From: Squalus acanthias
Lineage: Eukaryota
Direction: 5' to 3'
Length of the DNA: 64,000 nt
Assembly (NCBI GenBank): GCA_030390025.1
Contig: CM059432.1
Coordinates: 51,400,001 to 51,464,000 of the forward strand
The notes beneath the pieces are model-generated. The model was not told the DNA's origin and did not search any database. It was given only the letters and a program-made list of their open reading frames with translations. A program made the position numbers and the translations under genes. Shown in pieces: positions 48,859-60,663 of the stretch (position 1 is its first letter; every line of letters starts with the position of its first letter).

Positions 48859-49945
48859 ATGACACTATAACATTTTTGGGAGACGTGATAAGGTGCTATT
48901 TAAATGGAAATCTCTTTTATTGATGCAAAATCAACAAACTTGTATAAGTTTTGTATTCGAAATTATTCCTCAGTTGTCCTGTGAATATCTACATATTGAA
49001 ACTATCTCCAAAGATTTGGTGAGCATCTCTTTTGAACTTAAACAGTTGGAAAGAATTATGGTTAACATAATTTTTGTTGTATTTGTGTTACGTTTTGAAT
49101 ATTTTGATTACTACTTGTGAAAACTAGCTTCCCTAAACTTGACAGGTACCTAACTTAACATGCACAGTTGAACCTAAATACTTGGGTTAATAATTGTCTC
49201 TCCACCAAATTAATTCAGCTTTCTTGCACTATTGAGCTGAACTTCTCCCGCAAAATTGTGTCTTTCATCTGCTTCTCCAGGGACATGATACACGCCTAGA
49301 TTGTATTGAAAAGTTGTGCTTGTTTGTTCAATATATATATGATTAGCCAAAAATAAAAATAAATTCAATAAAATTGCAGTTAATAAGGATATGTTAAATG
49401 ATCAAGGTATAGAACACAAACTATTTCTTTGGAAAACAGATTATTTTAATGGTAAGAAAAGTGTTTGCATAGATGAGCTATTATTGTGCACAGTGAAGTG
49501 ATATTGGTAAATGTTTCAGTTAGGAAAATTATGTTTTAATTATATACATGCAAACAGCTGATTATGAAAAGCTCCTATGTTAGTAATTTAACCAGCCTGT
49601 ACTCAACAATGAGGATTTACCCATTGCTTCTCCTGCCTGAGAAACTCTCTCCCCCAGACAACATGGAACTCTACCCCTTATCTTCAAAAGTTAATTACTT
49701 GCTGAGGCAAGATTATTAGACCATAAACAGGGTCATGGAAAAATTCTGGCTTGACTTTTGGTACCTAATACTATTTCCCTCCAAGGTTATCTTTGTTGTC
49801 ACCAGAGTTAATTTCATTAGCTGTCTATCCTTGTTACAGTTGTCTACAGCTGCATCCCGTTGTTATACCTCCTAATATATAAAAAAATATTATATTTCAC
49901 GCTTCTTTCTGTACCTTTATAGATTTCTGTTGACCATGTTATCCA

Positions 49946-51345
49946 CAAAAAACAGGACAAATCCAATCCAGCCAATTACCGCCCCCTCAGTCTACTCTCA
50001 ATCATCAGCAAATTGATGGAAGGTGTCGTCGACAGTGCTATCAAGTGCCACTTACTCACCAATAACCTGCTCAGCATTGTTCAGTTTGGGTTCTGCCAGG
50101 ACCACTTGGCTCCTGACCTCATTCCAGCATTGGTCCAAACATGGACAAAAGAGCTGAATTCCAGAGGTGAGGTGAGAGTGACTGCCCTTGACATCAAAGC
50201 AGCATTTGACCGAGTGTGACATCAAGGAGCCCTAGTAAAACTGAAGTCAATGGGAATCACGGGGAAATTTCTCCACTGGCTGGAGTCATACCTAGCACAA
50301 AGGAAGATGGTTGTCGTTCTTGGAGGTCAATCATCTCAGCCCAAGGACATTGCTGTAGGAGTTCCTCAGGGAAGCGTCCTAGGCCCAACCATCTTCAGCT
50401 GCTTCATCAATGAACTTCCCTCCATCATAAGGTCAGATGTGGGGATGTTCATTGATAATTGCACAGTGCTCAGTTCCATTCACAACTCCTCAGATAATGA
50501 AACAGTCCATGCCCGCACGCAACAAGACCTGGATGACATTCAGGCTTGACCTGATAAGTGGCAAGTAACATTCATGCCACACAAGTGCCAGGCAATGACT
50601 ATCTCCAACAAACGAGAGTCTAACCACCGCATCTTGACATTCAACAGCATTACCATCGCTGAATCCCCCACCATCAACATCCTGGGGGTCACCATTGCCC
50701 AGAAACTTAAACTGGACCAGCCACATAAATACTGTGGCTAGAAGAGCAGATCAGAAACTGGGTATTCTGTGGCGAGTGTCTCACCTCCTGACTCCCCAAA
50801 GCCTTTCCACCATCTACAAGGCACAAGTCAGGAGTGTGAGGGAATACTCTCCACTTGCCTGGATGAGTGCAGATCCAACAACACTCAAGAAGCTCGACAC
50901 CATCCAGGACAAAACTGCCAGCTTGATTGGCACCCTATCTACCACCTTAAACCTTCACTCCCTCCACCCCCGGCGTACCGTGGCTGTAGTGTGTATCATC
51001 TACAAGATGCACTGTAGCAACTCGTCAAGACTTCTTCGACAGCACCTCCCAAACCCACGACCTCTACCATCTAGAAGGACAAGGGCAGCTGGCTCATGGG
51101 ACCACCATCACCTCCAAGATCCCCTCCAAGTCACACACCATCCTGACTTGGAAATATATCCCCGTTCCTTCATTGTTGCCGGGTCAAAATCCTGGAACTC
51201 CCTCCCTAACAGCACTGTGGGAGTACCTTCACCACAGGGACTGCAGCAGTTCATGAGGTGGCTCACCACCACCTACTCAAGGGCAATTAGGGATGGGCAA
51301 TAAATGCTGGCCTTGCTAGCATCACCAACATCCCAGGAATGAATT
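49946..51345 (+). mobile_element. CR1-group LINE of a distinct family, RT to 3' end
   Basis: NPANYRPLSLLSIISKLMEG, QFGF, ALDIKAAFDRV, GVPQGSVLGPTIF, MFIDNC, IYKAQVRSVREYSPLAW; 3' end gggatgggcaataaatgctggcc. Confidence 0.9.
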
Positions 51346-51597
51346 TTAAAAAATGCTATTTTATTTAGCAGATTGCTGGTGATAGAATCACAATCTCTAC
51401 CATAATACAATGCTAAATCAATCCTTCCAGAGATGTCCTCTCTGGCTCTGTTCATTTTTCTAATTCAACTTTATTACATTCATTAACAGAAACATATAAG
51501 GCTAAAACATATATGACTTGCACACTTCGAAAACCTCTTCTCTCTGAGCTCCATTGACTTCCCATGCCCTAGTAAGTTGACTTCAACATTCTTTCAA

Positions 51598-52242
51598 GGC
51601 CCAGATTTTAAAGGGGGGTGGGTACAGTGCGCGCAAGCCACAAAGTGGGCGGTGCACCCGGAAAACCTCCCAAAGTCTTGCCCGACACCCGGCTAGAATC
51701 AATACCTAGCCGGCGGGCAGGAGCAGGAATTTGACGGCAGGAGACCGCAGCCAGGGACCCCTGGAAACAGTCCCCGGCAGTCAGTGGGAGTAGGGGTCTG
51801 GAGGCAATTGCCGGTGGTCCAGTGTGATCAGGGGGGAGGCCATGGCTGAAGAGGCCCAAGGACTCCTTGCGGAGCCTGGGGAGGTCTGGGGGGCTGGGGG
51901 TGTGGGGGGGGGGGGGATCTCCTCCTCCTCCTGGCCCACAAGGAGTTCTAACAAAAGCAACTTTTTTAAACTTACCTTGGCCTCTTCTGGCCAGTTGGCA
52001 CCTCCTGCCATGGCTTTGCTGCCAGGCTGCAGACAGTGCAGGACTCCCCCCTGACATTACGGTGCTGATGTTATCATCAGGGCGCAATTTTTGAATGTTA
52101 AATAGGCTCTCGCATGATTTTGCCATCTTAAAAATTAAGGTAGCCGGGAACGCAGTGGGTAGGAGCCGGAAGCTATATTTTCAAATTTTAACCCCCCCTG
52201 CGCACTATTCTCACTGGACGAGGGGGAGCTAAAATCCCAGCC
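51598..52242. mobile_element. GC-rich MITE-like DNA transposon (Harbinger-type ends)
   Basis: Ends ggcccagattttaa / ctaaaatcccagcc; collinear with the interrupted copy starting at 6082. Confidence 0.75.
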
Positions 52243-54332
52243 ATGTCTTCACTTTCAAATAACTCTATGGCCTCACCCCACTCAACCTTAATAATCTCTT
52301 CCAGCCTTTCACCTCTGCATGCACCCTCTGTTCCTGTAAAACCAGGCTATTTCTTGTTTGTCACTCTCTCAGCTTCACTATTGGTAGCTGCTTGTTCAGT
52401 CACTGTACTTCTGCCCTCTGGAACTCCCTGCCTCCTTACTAGCAGTAACCCCAACTGCCCCATTTTACTCTCTCGCCGACCATCCCGCCCAGCGCGCCTG
52501 CTGGGGGCTAATCTTTCCTGGCTCCTTCCCGTCTAACACACCCCTCCCAATGCCGACCCTGTGAACTCTGCCAGTGGATCACCGTCCCACTCCGCATCTC
52601 CCTCCAGAATGTCCGTTCACTTGTAAACAAGGCACTTACCATCCATGAGCTTATTGTGGATGATTGCATCGACATCATGGCCTTGATGGAAATGAAGCCT
52701 CCTGCCTGGCTACACCTTCCACCACTTGCTCCGCCCAAACCGCTGCGGTGGCTGTGTGGCTCTGATCTCCAAATCGCACCTTGGTCCGTCCCCCTACTCC
52801 TCTGGCACCTTCTCCTCCTTTGAGCACCTCACTTTGTTCTAGCCCTCTTGCCTCTCATTTAAAGTCTTCATTCTCTACCGCCCACCCAGGTACCATGTCA
52901 ATTTTCTCACTGAGATACCTTCACTGCTTTCCTCTCTCAGTCTCTGCACTGAGCAACTTCTCATTCACAGTGATTTCAACCTCCAACTCAACTCATCATG
53001 CTCTCTTTCCTTTGAGTTCACTGCCCTCCTATCCTCCCTTAATCTCTCTCTCCAATAAACTCCCCTACCCATATTCACGGCCTACCCCTTGACCTTGCCA
53101 TCTCTCGTTGGCCTCGCTACTCCTATCGTGTCAATCACAGATAAGGCCATCTCTGATGACTTCCTTGTATTGTTCTACACCCACAACCCCTTTCCCCTCC
53201 CAAACCTACTCCATTTTGTGTCCGCCCCGGAAAAAATTCTCTCCCAATGCACTTTCAAAATCCCAACTGTCTAGTTTTTGGCCCTCCATTCACCACAACA
53301 TTTCTGCAGCTACCGATCTGCTCAACCACACCCTCACCTTCACCTTTGATGCCATAATCCCCATTAAAACCATTACTCTCTCTTACCCTGGTCATTCCTC
53401 CTGGTATGGCCCTCATCCTCACTCCCTTAAGTCCAAGAGATGCAGACTTGAACGTATATGGCGGACAACTGGTTTAGCCATTCATCGCCAGATCTGGCTG
53501 GACTACATAAAACACTATCAGGTCCTACTCTCGTCTGCCAAAACTGCTCACTATTCCAGGATCATCCTGGAATACAAAGATAACCCCCTGGATTCTTTTC
53601 TCTACTACAAACCATCTTCTTAAACCCCTCTCCTGTGCCTCCGCCACCCTCAATTCCAACAACAAGTGAGAGGAGCTCATGGGTTTCTTTGTCTCTAAGA
53701 TTGAGACCATCCGTTCAGCTGCCTCTGCCACTTCCCTCCCTTCCCCAGCTCACCTGGCCAAAGTTCCTCTAAGGTTCCCCCCTGCCCTAGCCGCAAACTT
53801 GCATCTTTCTCTAGTTTCTCTCCTATCTCCCCTCATGCCCACTTCGAGCTGATCTTGTCCATGAGATCCACCTCATGCTCCCTCGACCCTATTCCCACTA
53901 AACAGCTGACCACCCAACTTCCCTTCCTGGCCCCATGTTAGCTGATATTGTTAACAATTCTCTCTCCTTAGGTAAACATGCCTTTCCTCTCCAAAGTCCT
54001 TGAACGTGCTATCGCCTCCCAAATCTGTGCCCATCTTTCCCGGAACTCCATGTTTGAATCCCGCCAATCAGATTTCCGCTCCTGCCACAGTACCGAATCA
54101 GCTCTTATCAAATTCAAAAATGACATCCTATGTGACTGTGACCATGGTAAACTGTCCCTCCTTGTCCATCTCAACCTGACTGCAGCCTTTGACATGGTTG
54201 ACCACACCATCCTCCTCCAACGCCTCACCACCATCATCCAGCTGGGTGAGACTGCATTCGCAAGGTTCCATTCTTATCTATCCAGTCATAGCCACCACCT
54301 CTCTTGACCCCTCCACTGTCTTTAAATTGTCA

Positions 54333-54501
54333 AAAATGAGAAGTCGCACAACACCAGGTTATAGTCCAACAGTTTTATTTGAAATCACAAGCTTTCGGAG
54401 CTTACACCCCTTCCTCAGGTGAAGTAAAGAAATACAGAGTCGACAAAGTATATATAGATAGAGAACAATGCATGTGTAACTTACAATGGCAGACGACTAC
54501 A
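54333..54501 (-). mobile_element. Penelope-like 3' terminal fragment inserted in L2, 12-bp TSD
   Basis: TSD tttaaattgtca at 54321-54332 and 54502-54513; revcomp ..cacctgaggaagg..ctccgaaagcttgtgatttcaaataaaactgttggactataacctggtgttgtg. Confidence 0.8.
54385..54422 (-). ncRNA. Minimal type I hammerhead ribozyme motif
   Basis: UCAC-CUGAGGA-AGGGGUGUAAGCUCC-GAAA-GCUU-GUGA: core CUGANGA and GAAA, stem I UCAC/GUGA, palindromic AAGCUU at stem III. Confidence 0.65.
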
Positions 54502-57500
54502 TTTAAATTGTCAGACTGCTTGTCTGGCATCCAGTACTGGATGAGCAGAAATTTCCTCCAACTATAAATTGGAAAGACCAAAGCCATTGTCTTTGGTCCC
54601 CACCACAAACTCTGTTCCCTAACCATCGACTCCATCCCTCTCCCTGGCTACTTTCTGAGTCTGAACCAGACTGTTCATAACCTTGGTGTTGTATTTGACC
54701 CAGAAATGAGCTTCTGGCCACTTATCCGCGCCATCACTAAGACTGCTTACTTTCACCTCCGTAACATCACTTGACTCCACCACTGCCTCAGCTCATCTGC
54801 TGCTGAAAGCCTCATCCATGCCTTTGTTATTTCTGGACTTGACTATTCCAACACACTCCTGGCTGGCCTCCCACGTTCTATCCTCCGTAAACTTGAGATC
54901 ACCCAAAACTCGGCTGCCCATGTCCTAACTCATACCAAGTCCCGTTCACCCATCACCCCTGTGCATGCTGACCTATGTTGACTCCCGGTTAAGCAACACC
55001 TCAATTTTAAAATTCTCATCCTTGTTTTCAAATCCCTCCATGGCTTCACCCCTCTCTATCTCTGTAATCTCCTCCAGCCCTACAACACTCTGTGATATCT
55101 GCTCCAATTCTGGCCTCTTGAGCATCCCCGATTTTAATCGCTCCACCATTGGTGGCCGTGGCTTCAGCTGCTGAGGACCTAAGCTCTGGAATTCCCTCCC
55201 TAAACCTCTCTGCCTCTCTACCTCGCTTTCCTCCTTTAAGACGCTCTTTAAAACCTACCTCTTTGACCAAGTCTGCCCTAATATCTCCTTATGTGGCTTG
55301 GTGTCGAATTTTGTTTGATAACACACCTATGAAGCACCTTGGGATGTTTTACTACCTTAAAGGTGCTATATAAATGCAAGTTGTTGTTGTTGTTGTTGCC
55401 TACTTCTCCTCCATTTGCATTTTTATTTCCATACATTTGTCCATGACAATCCTGACCGAGGATTGAAGCGAGGAGCAGTATTCCTTTAAATTATTTAAAT
55501 TTAAATCACGCAGATGAGGCTCAACCATGAAATCAGTTTGGGACTCCCACTGGTGATCAGGCAGGTGGTGCAGTCAATCCGCCCACCGCCCACCTGCTGT
55601 GCATCCAACCCTAAAATCGGCCTCAATATGTTTAAAATAGACAGGTTAATGCCAGTATTAAGATACTGGGGAGAGGAACCTGATGTGACAATATTAAGCG
55701 TGTATATGATAACATCAGTGGCAGATATTTCCAAGACATAGAAAGCAATTTTTACTGTTGTCATACCAAACAAAGTGTTAGTAGGCTTTGAAGACTGGAA
55801 AAGCCTTCCAGTGATCGAAGAGCTGAAGGAATGTTTTGAAATACACCATAAAAATAAAGACATGCTGCTGATCACTGTAATATACCAGCATGTTTTACCC
55901 CCATCTAATACCTTCCCTAATTAGGGTAATGGAGCAGACACTTCAATTGGTAACAAATGATAGCTGCAGGGATGCAACTTGCTGGTACATCACAGTGATT
56001 GACAAGCACTCCCTGTAGTTACATCACATTTTAAAAAACAATTCGATAAGTATAAGTACTTTAAACCTTAAATAATTGATAGGGATGCACGAGGGAAGAT
56101 TAGAATGCCCAGCAGCTACAGTGTTATTGCCCTAGGCTCCAACGTGGTGGCTATGAATTTAAATCCTGGCTTTGATAGATATTCAAATCTGTTTTCCCCG
56201 TGGGTAACTTTGGGCAGTTCTCAGCAGAACTGCTAGTCAGAGGATTTCACTGTAGTTAAGTGTTCCATTTAAGTGGCTTCAGGGATGGAGGTAAAAATGG
56301 GCATGAGTAGTTATCCTGCCTCACACATCATATCTCCTATTTGCTTCTATTGGCAATATTGGTGATAATTGTAAAGAAGTGTGCTCTAGTACATCCTGTC
56401 CTCCAGTCATAAGGAGGCATTGGGAATAGGGACATGAAAGGTGAGAAATAATTAAAAGAAGACAGAGTTAGGATGCATGACCAGTAAATGAATTTAAGGG
56501 TTATAAGGCAAGACAGTTTTAAATGGAAAAATATAATCTTGTTTTTTTGCGAGAAACCTCAAGTATACTGAGGTCTAGCCACAGGGGTCTAAGTCAGTAT
56601 GATAAGCCTTAGCAAAAAAGTTTAAAAATTAGACTCATCCGCAGTTAATGGCACTAGGAAGTGATGGCCAAGTGCATGCAGATTTTTGAAATGCCTATTT
56701 TAGAATGTGATAGTTAGAGCTGGCAGCAGGGGTTGCTTCATCACTGCATGGGGTCAGACAGAAAAACTCAGAACTCCTGCTCTGTTACTTCATCATCTGT
56801 TTCAGCAGAGACAGAAGGACTGGCATACTGACAATGGGCTGAGGAGGGACAGAATGATGAATGACACGGCTCTCTCCTCCATTCGCATGTTTCTTTCCAT
56901 ATGTTTGTCATGACAATCCTGACTGGGGAGTGGAGCGAGCAGCAGCTTTGATTTTGAGTACCAGTACAATTACAATCGCATTACACATGTTTTGGGATGT
57001 GAAGCATGGTGTTTCATATCTATTATCTGTACTGAGCTAATGCTGCCACTTTTGTTTCTCATTGCGGTTTCTTGGTTGCCTCTTGATCAGTTTGTTTATC
57101 TGTGGAGTGAGCGCAGAGACGAGGAGTACCTGGGCAGCCTTCGGACCTGAAAGGCTGAGGTCAGACAGGTTCCATTGGTGGTGCTTATAGCCCACTATGT
57201 GCTTTATGGATGGCATACATTTGAAGGACACACATTGTCATCTGAGAGATGCCAGATATGCAAGATCACACCAAAACATTATGGGAGTCTCCAAGAAGTG
57301 CTGCTTTGTGCTTTACCAGTATTTGCTTATCTCTCCTTTTCTCTCTTTTTTGGCTTTCTCTCGCCTAGAAATTACTATTGGTGACTGTAAACGACTGCTA
57401 AACACACTAGTATGACATTCCTCCATCTGTTATTTTAATGCAGTTGTTAACCTGTTCTATTTTAATAAGTTAATACCTCCACTAAGATATTGAACAGAGG

Positions 57501-57574
57501 AATCTCATATGAATATATTAAGCGTTTGTTTGCTAATACCGCCAACAGTAATTTCTAGGCTCTTGTTATTCTTG

Positions 57575-57800
57575 ACCTTTCTCTCTCTGTTTTACTCTTT
57601 GTCATTCTCAGCTTGTTCTGTTTTCTCTTTCTTTCTATATTCCTCTCTCTGCTACATTTTTCCTATGTCTCTCTCTCTCTGTTAATCTGTACCTGTCTTA
57701 CTTCCTCTCTGTGTGTCTCTTTCTGTCACCCTATTATATCCTTGTTTCTCTCTTTCCTTTTCTTTTTCCTCTCTTTATCTCTTTGTTACTCTCTTCTGAA
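57575..57800 (+). repeat. Long CT-rich low-complexity (polypyrimidine) tract
   Basis: About 225 nt dominated by C/T. Confidence 0.85.
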
Positions 57801-58139
57801 ACAGATCTGCAGGAGGGAGGAAAGGAGCTACCAAGATTTCTTTTTCCATATGTGATCATTTATATTTAATTTTACCCACCAGATCTTACAATTTCCCATG
57901 CCCCATCGCGCTCCCCGCTCCCAGCCCCTCTTCCTCCTCCTGCTGAGTTCCCAAAGCAAGCCCCAGTGTGGGCAGGAAGCTTGCTTGTGCTATGCAAATA
58001 AAACTGATCCTATAAAATCAGGTGGGATCAACATTATAGCAGTTGATAGATGTTCATAACACAACATCCGACCAATGCCCAATTAGAAAAACTACCCCAA
58101 TATAAGTTAGCACTGGACTGCGAGCACTATGTTACTATA

Positions 58140-58588
58140 TGTCAGCTGTGGCTCAGTTGGTAACACTCTTGGCCCTAAGTCAGAAGGTTGTGGGTTCAAG
58201 TCCCACTCCAGAGACTTGACATTCCAGTGCAGTATTGAGGGTAGTGCTGCTCTGTCAGAGGTGCTGTTTTTCGGATGAGATGTTAAACTGAGGCCCTGTC
58301 TGCTCTCTCAGGTGGACGTAAAAGATCCCATGGCACTATTTCGAAGAATAGCAGGGGAGTTATCCCCAGTGTCTTGGCTAATCTTTATCCCTCAACTAAC
58401 ATTACTAAAACAGATTATCTGGTAATTATCACATTGCTGTTTGTGGGAGCTTGCTGTGCACAAATTGGCTGCCGCGTTTCCGACATTACAACAGTGACCA
58501 CACTTCAAAAAGTACTTCATTGGCTGGAAAGCACTTTGGGATGTCTGGTAGATGTGAAAGGCGCTATATAAATGCAAATCTTTCTTTT
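58140..58588 (+). mobile_element. SacSINE1/DeuSINE-type SINE, near full length
   Basis: A box tggctcagttgg, B box ggttcaagtcc, Deu domain (ggatgagatgttaaactgaggccctgtctgctctctcaggtggacgtaaaagatcccatggcac), L2-like tail ggcgctatataaatgcaaatctttc. Confidence 0.9.
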
Positions 58589-58590
58589 TA

Positions 58591-59958
58591 GACCAATTGC
58601 CAATGCCACCAGACTGGGAGCTGTATGTCAGTACACCACTGGGCAATGCCACCAGATTGGGATAGAATCATAGAATGATTACAGCATGAAAGAAGGCCAT
58701 TCGGCCCGTCGAGCCCGTGCCAGCTCTCGGCAAGAGCACTTCAGCTAGTCCCACCCCCCCCCCCACCCCCATTCCCTGTAGCCCTGCAAATGTTGTTCCT
58801 TCAAATATTTATCCAACTCCCTTTTGAAAGCCGTGATTGAGTCTGCCTCCACAACCCTTTCAGGCATTGCATTCCAGATCCTAACCACTCGCTGAGTAAA
58901 AAAGTTTTTCCTCATGTCGCCTTTGGTTCTTTTGCCAATCACCTTAAATCTGTGTCCTCTGGTTCTCGACCCTTCAGCCAATGGGAAAAGTTTCTCTCTA
59001 TCTACTCTGTCCAGATCCCTCATGATTTTGAACACCTCTATCAAATCTCCTCTCAATCTTCTCTGCTCTAAGGAGAACAACTCCAGCTTCTCCAGTCTAT
59101 CCATGTAACTGAAGTCCTTCATCCCTGGAATCATTCTTGTAAATCTTTACTGCACCCTCTCTAAGGCCTTCACATCCTTCCTAAAGTGCAGTGCCCAGAA
59201 TTGGAAACAATACTCCAGTTGAGGCCGAACTAGTGTTTTATACAGGTTCATCATAATTTCATCGCTTTTGTACTCTATACCTCTATTCATGAAGCCCAGG
59301 ATCCCATAAGCTTTTTAACTGCTTTCTCAACCTGCCCTGCCATCTTCAACAATTTGTGCACATATACCCCTAGGTATCTCTGTTCATGCACCCCCTTTAG
59401 AATTGTACCCTTTAGTTTATATTGCCTCTCTTCATTCTTTCTACCAAAATGTATCACTTTGCACTTTTCTGCATTAAATTTCATCTGCCACGTGTCCGCC
59501 CATTCCACCAGCCTGCCTATGTCCTCTTGAAGTCTATCACTATCCTCATCACTGTTCACTATACTTCCAAGTTTTGTGTCATCTGCAAATTTTGAAATTG
59601 TGCCCTGTACACCCACATCCAAGTCATTAATATATATCAAGAAAAGCAGTGGTCCTAGAACTGACCCCTGGCGAACACCACTGTATACCTTCCTCCAGTC
59701 CGAAAAACAACTGTTCACCACTACTCTCTGTTTCCTGTCACTTAGCCAACTTCGTATCCATGTTGCCACTGTCCCTTTTATTCCATGGGCTTCAACTTTA
59801 CTGGCAAGCCTATTATGTGGCACTTTGCCGTATGTCAGTACACCAATAGAAAATGCCACCAGATTGGGAGCCAAATGCCTGTACACCAATAGGCAATGCC
59901 ACCAGATTGGGAGTACTATGTCAGTACACCAATGGGCAATGCCACTCAGACTGGAACT
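58591..59958. repeat. About 42-bp minisatellite (58591-58662 and 59829-59958) split by a CR1 insertion
   Basis: Unit approximately tatgtcagtacaccaatgggcaatgccaccagattgggagcc, about 5 copies in total. Confidence 0.85.
58663..59828 (-). mobile_element. CR1 LINE, 5'-truncated
   Basis: ORFs 59287..60057 (from KVPHNRL; FADDTKLG) and 58745..59134; tail tagaatcatagaat. Confidence 0.96.
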
Positions 59959-60110
59959 TTTGCACAATTTGTGTTGTGCTGTGGGGTGCCTACTGGTTGA
60001 TCGCGCACAAGCAATGTAATTTTGCGTTCTTAGTCCTCTGCCATAAGAAAAGCCCAAAGTAACCCTTTGATTCTTGATGGATTATTCTCCAAGTAGTTTT
60101 AGTGAAATAT

Positions 60111-60663
60111 CTCTTTCTTAGGCAGTCCCTCGGAACCGAGGATGACTTGCTTCCACATTAAAAATGAGTTCTCGGGTGACTGATGTGTACAATGCGGGAC
60201 CTACAGTCTCTGTCACAGGTGGGGCAGACGGTGGTTGAAGGAGCGGGTGGGTGGGGTGCTTGGGTTGACGTGCGCTTCTTGCGCTTGGCTTCCGCTTGCT
60301 CCCGGCAAAGAGATTCGAGGTATTTGGTGCCTTCCCGGATGCTTCTCCTCTACTTTGTGCGGTCTTGGGCCAGGGATTCCCAGGTATCGGTGGGGATGTT
60401 CAAGGAGGCTTTAAGGGTGTCCTTGAAGTGTTTCCTCTGCCCACCTGGGGCTCTCTTGCCGTGTCAGAGCTCCGAGTAGAGCGCTTGTTTTGGGAGTCTC
60501 GTATCGGGCATGCGGATGATGTGACCCGTCCATCGGAGCTGATCGAGCGTGGTCAAAGCTTCGATGCTGGGGATGTTGGCCTGAGCAAGAACACTGACGT
60601 TGATGCGCCTATCCTGCCAATGGATTTGCAGGATCTTGTGGAGGTAGCGTTGGTGGTACCTCT
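60111..60663 (-). mobile_element. RTE-clade LINE 3' fragment flanked by a 169-bp direct repeat
   Basis: ERYHQRYLHKILQIHWQDRRINVSVLAQANIPSIEA..QLRWTGHIIRMPDTRLPKQALYSEL; RTE-type 3' stem-loop gcaagtcatcctcggttccgagggactgcc. Confidence 0.92.

Larger units (their letters stand above)
52440..55398 (+). mobile_element. Long L2 LINE including the endonuclease region, internally deleted
   Basis: LRISLQNVRSLVNKALTIHELIVDDCIDIMALME (APE N-terminus); RT NLTAAFDMVDH; (GTT)n tail at 55379-55398. Confidence 0.93.

Noticed and set aside
57037..57231. Exon-like GC-richer patch
   Set aside because: No frame gives a recognisable product and the splice signals are weak.
58591..59958. Repeats of aatgccaccagattgggag at about 42-bp spacing resembling a CRISPR array
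   Set aside because: The intervening sequences are near-identical rather than unique spacers, the context is eukaryotic and there are no cas genes. It is a minisatellite split by a CR1.
59287..60057. 256-aa ORF suggesting an RT fused to a novel N-terminus
   Set aside because: The N-terminal part is read-through of minisatellite and flanking DNA into a 5'-truncated CR1.
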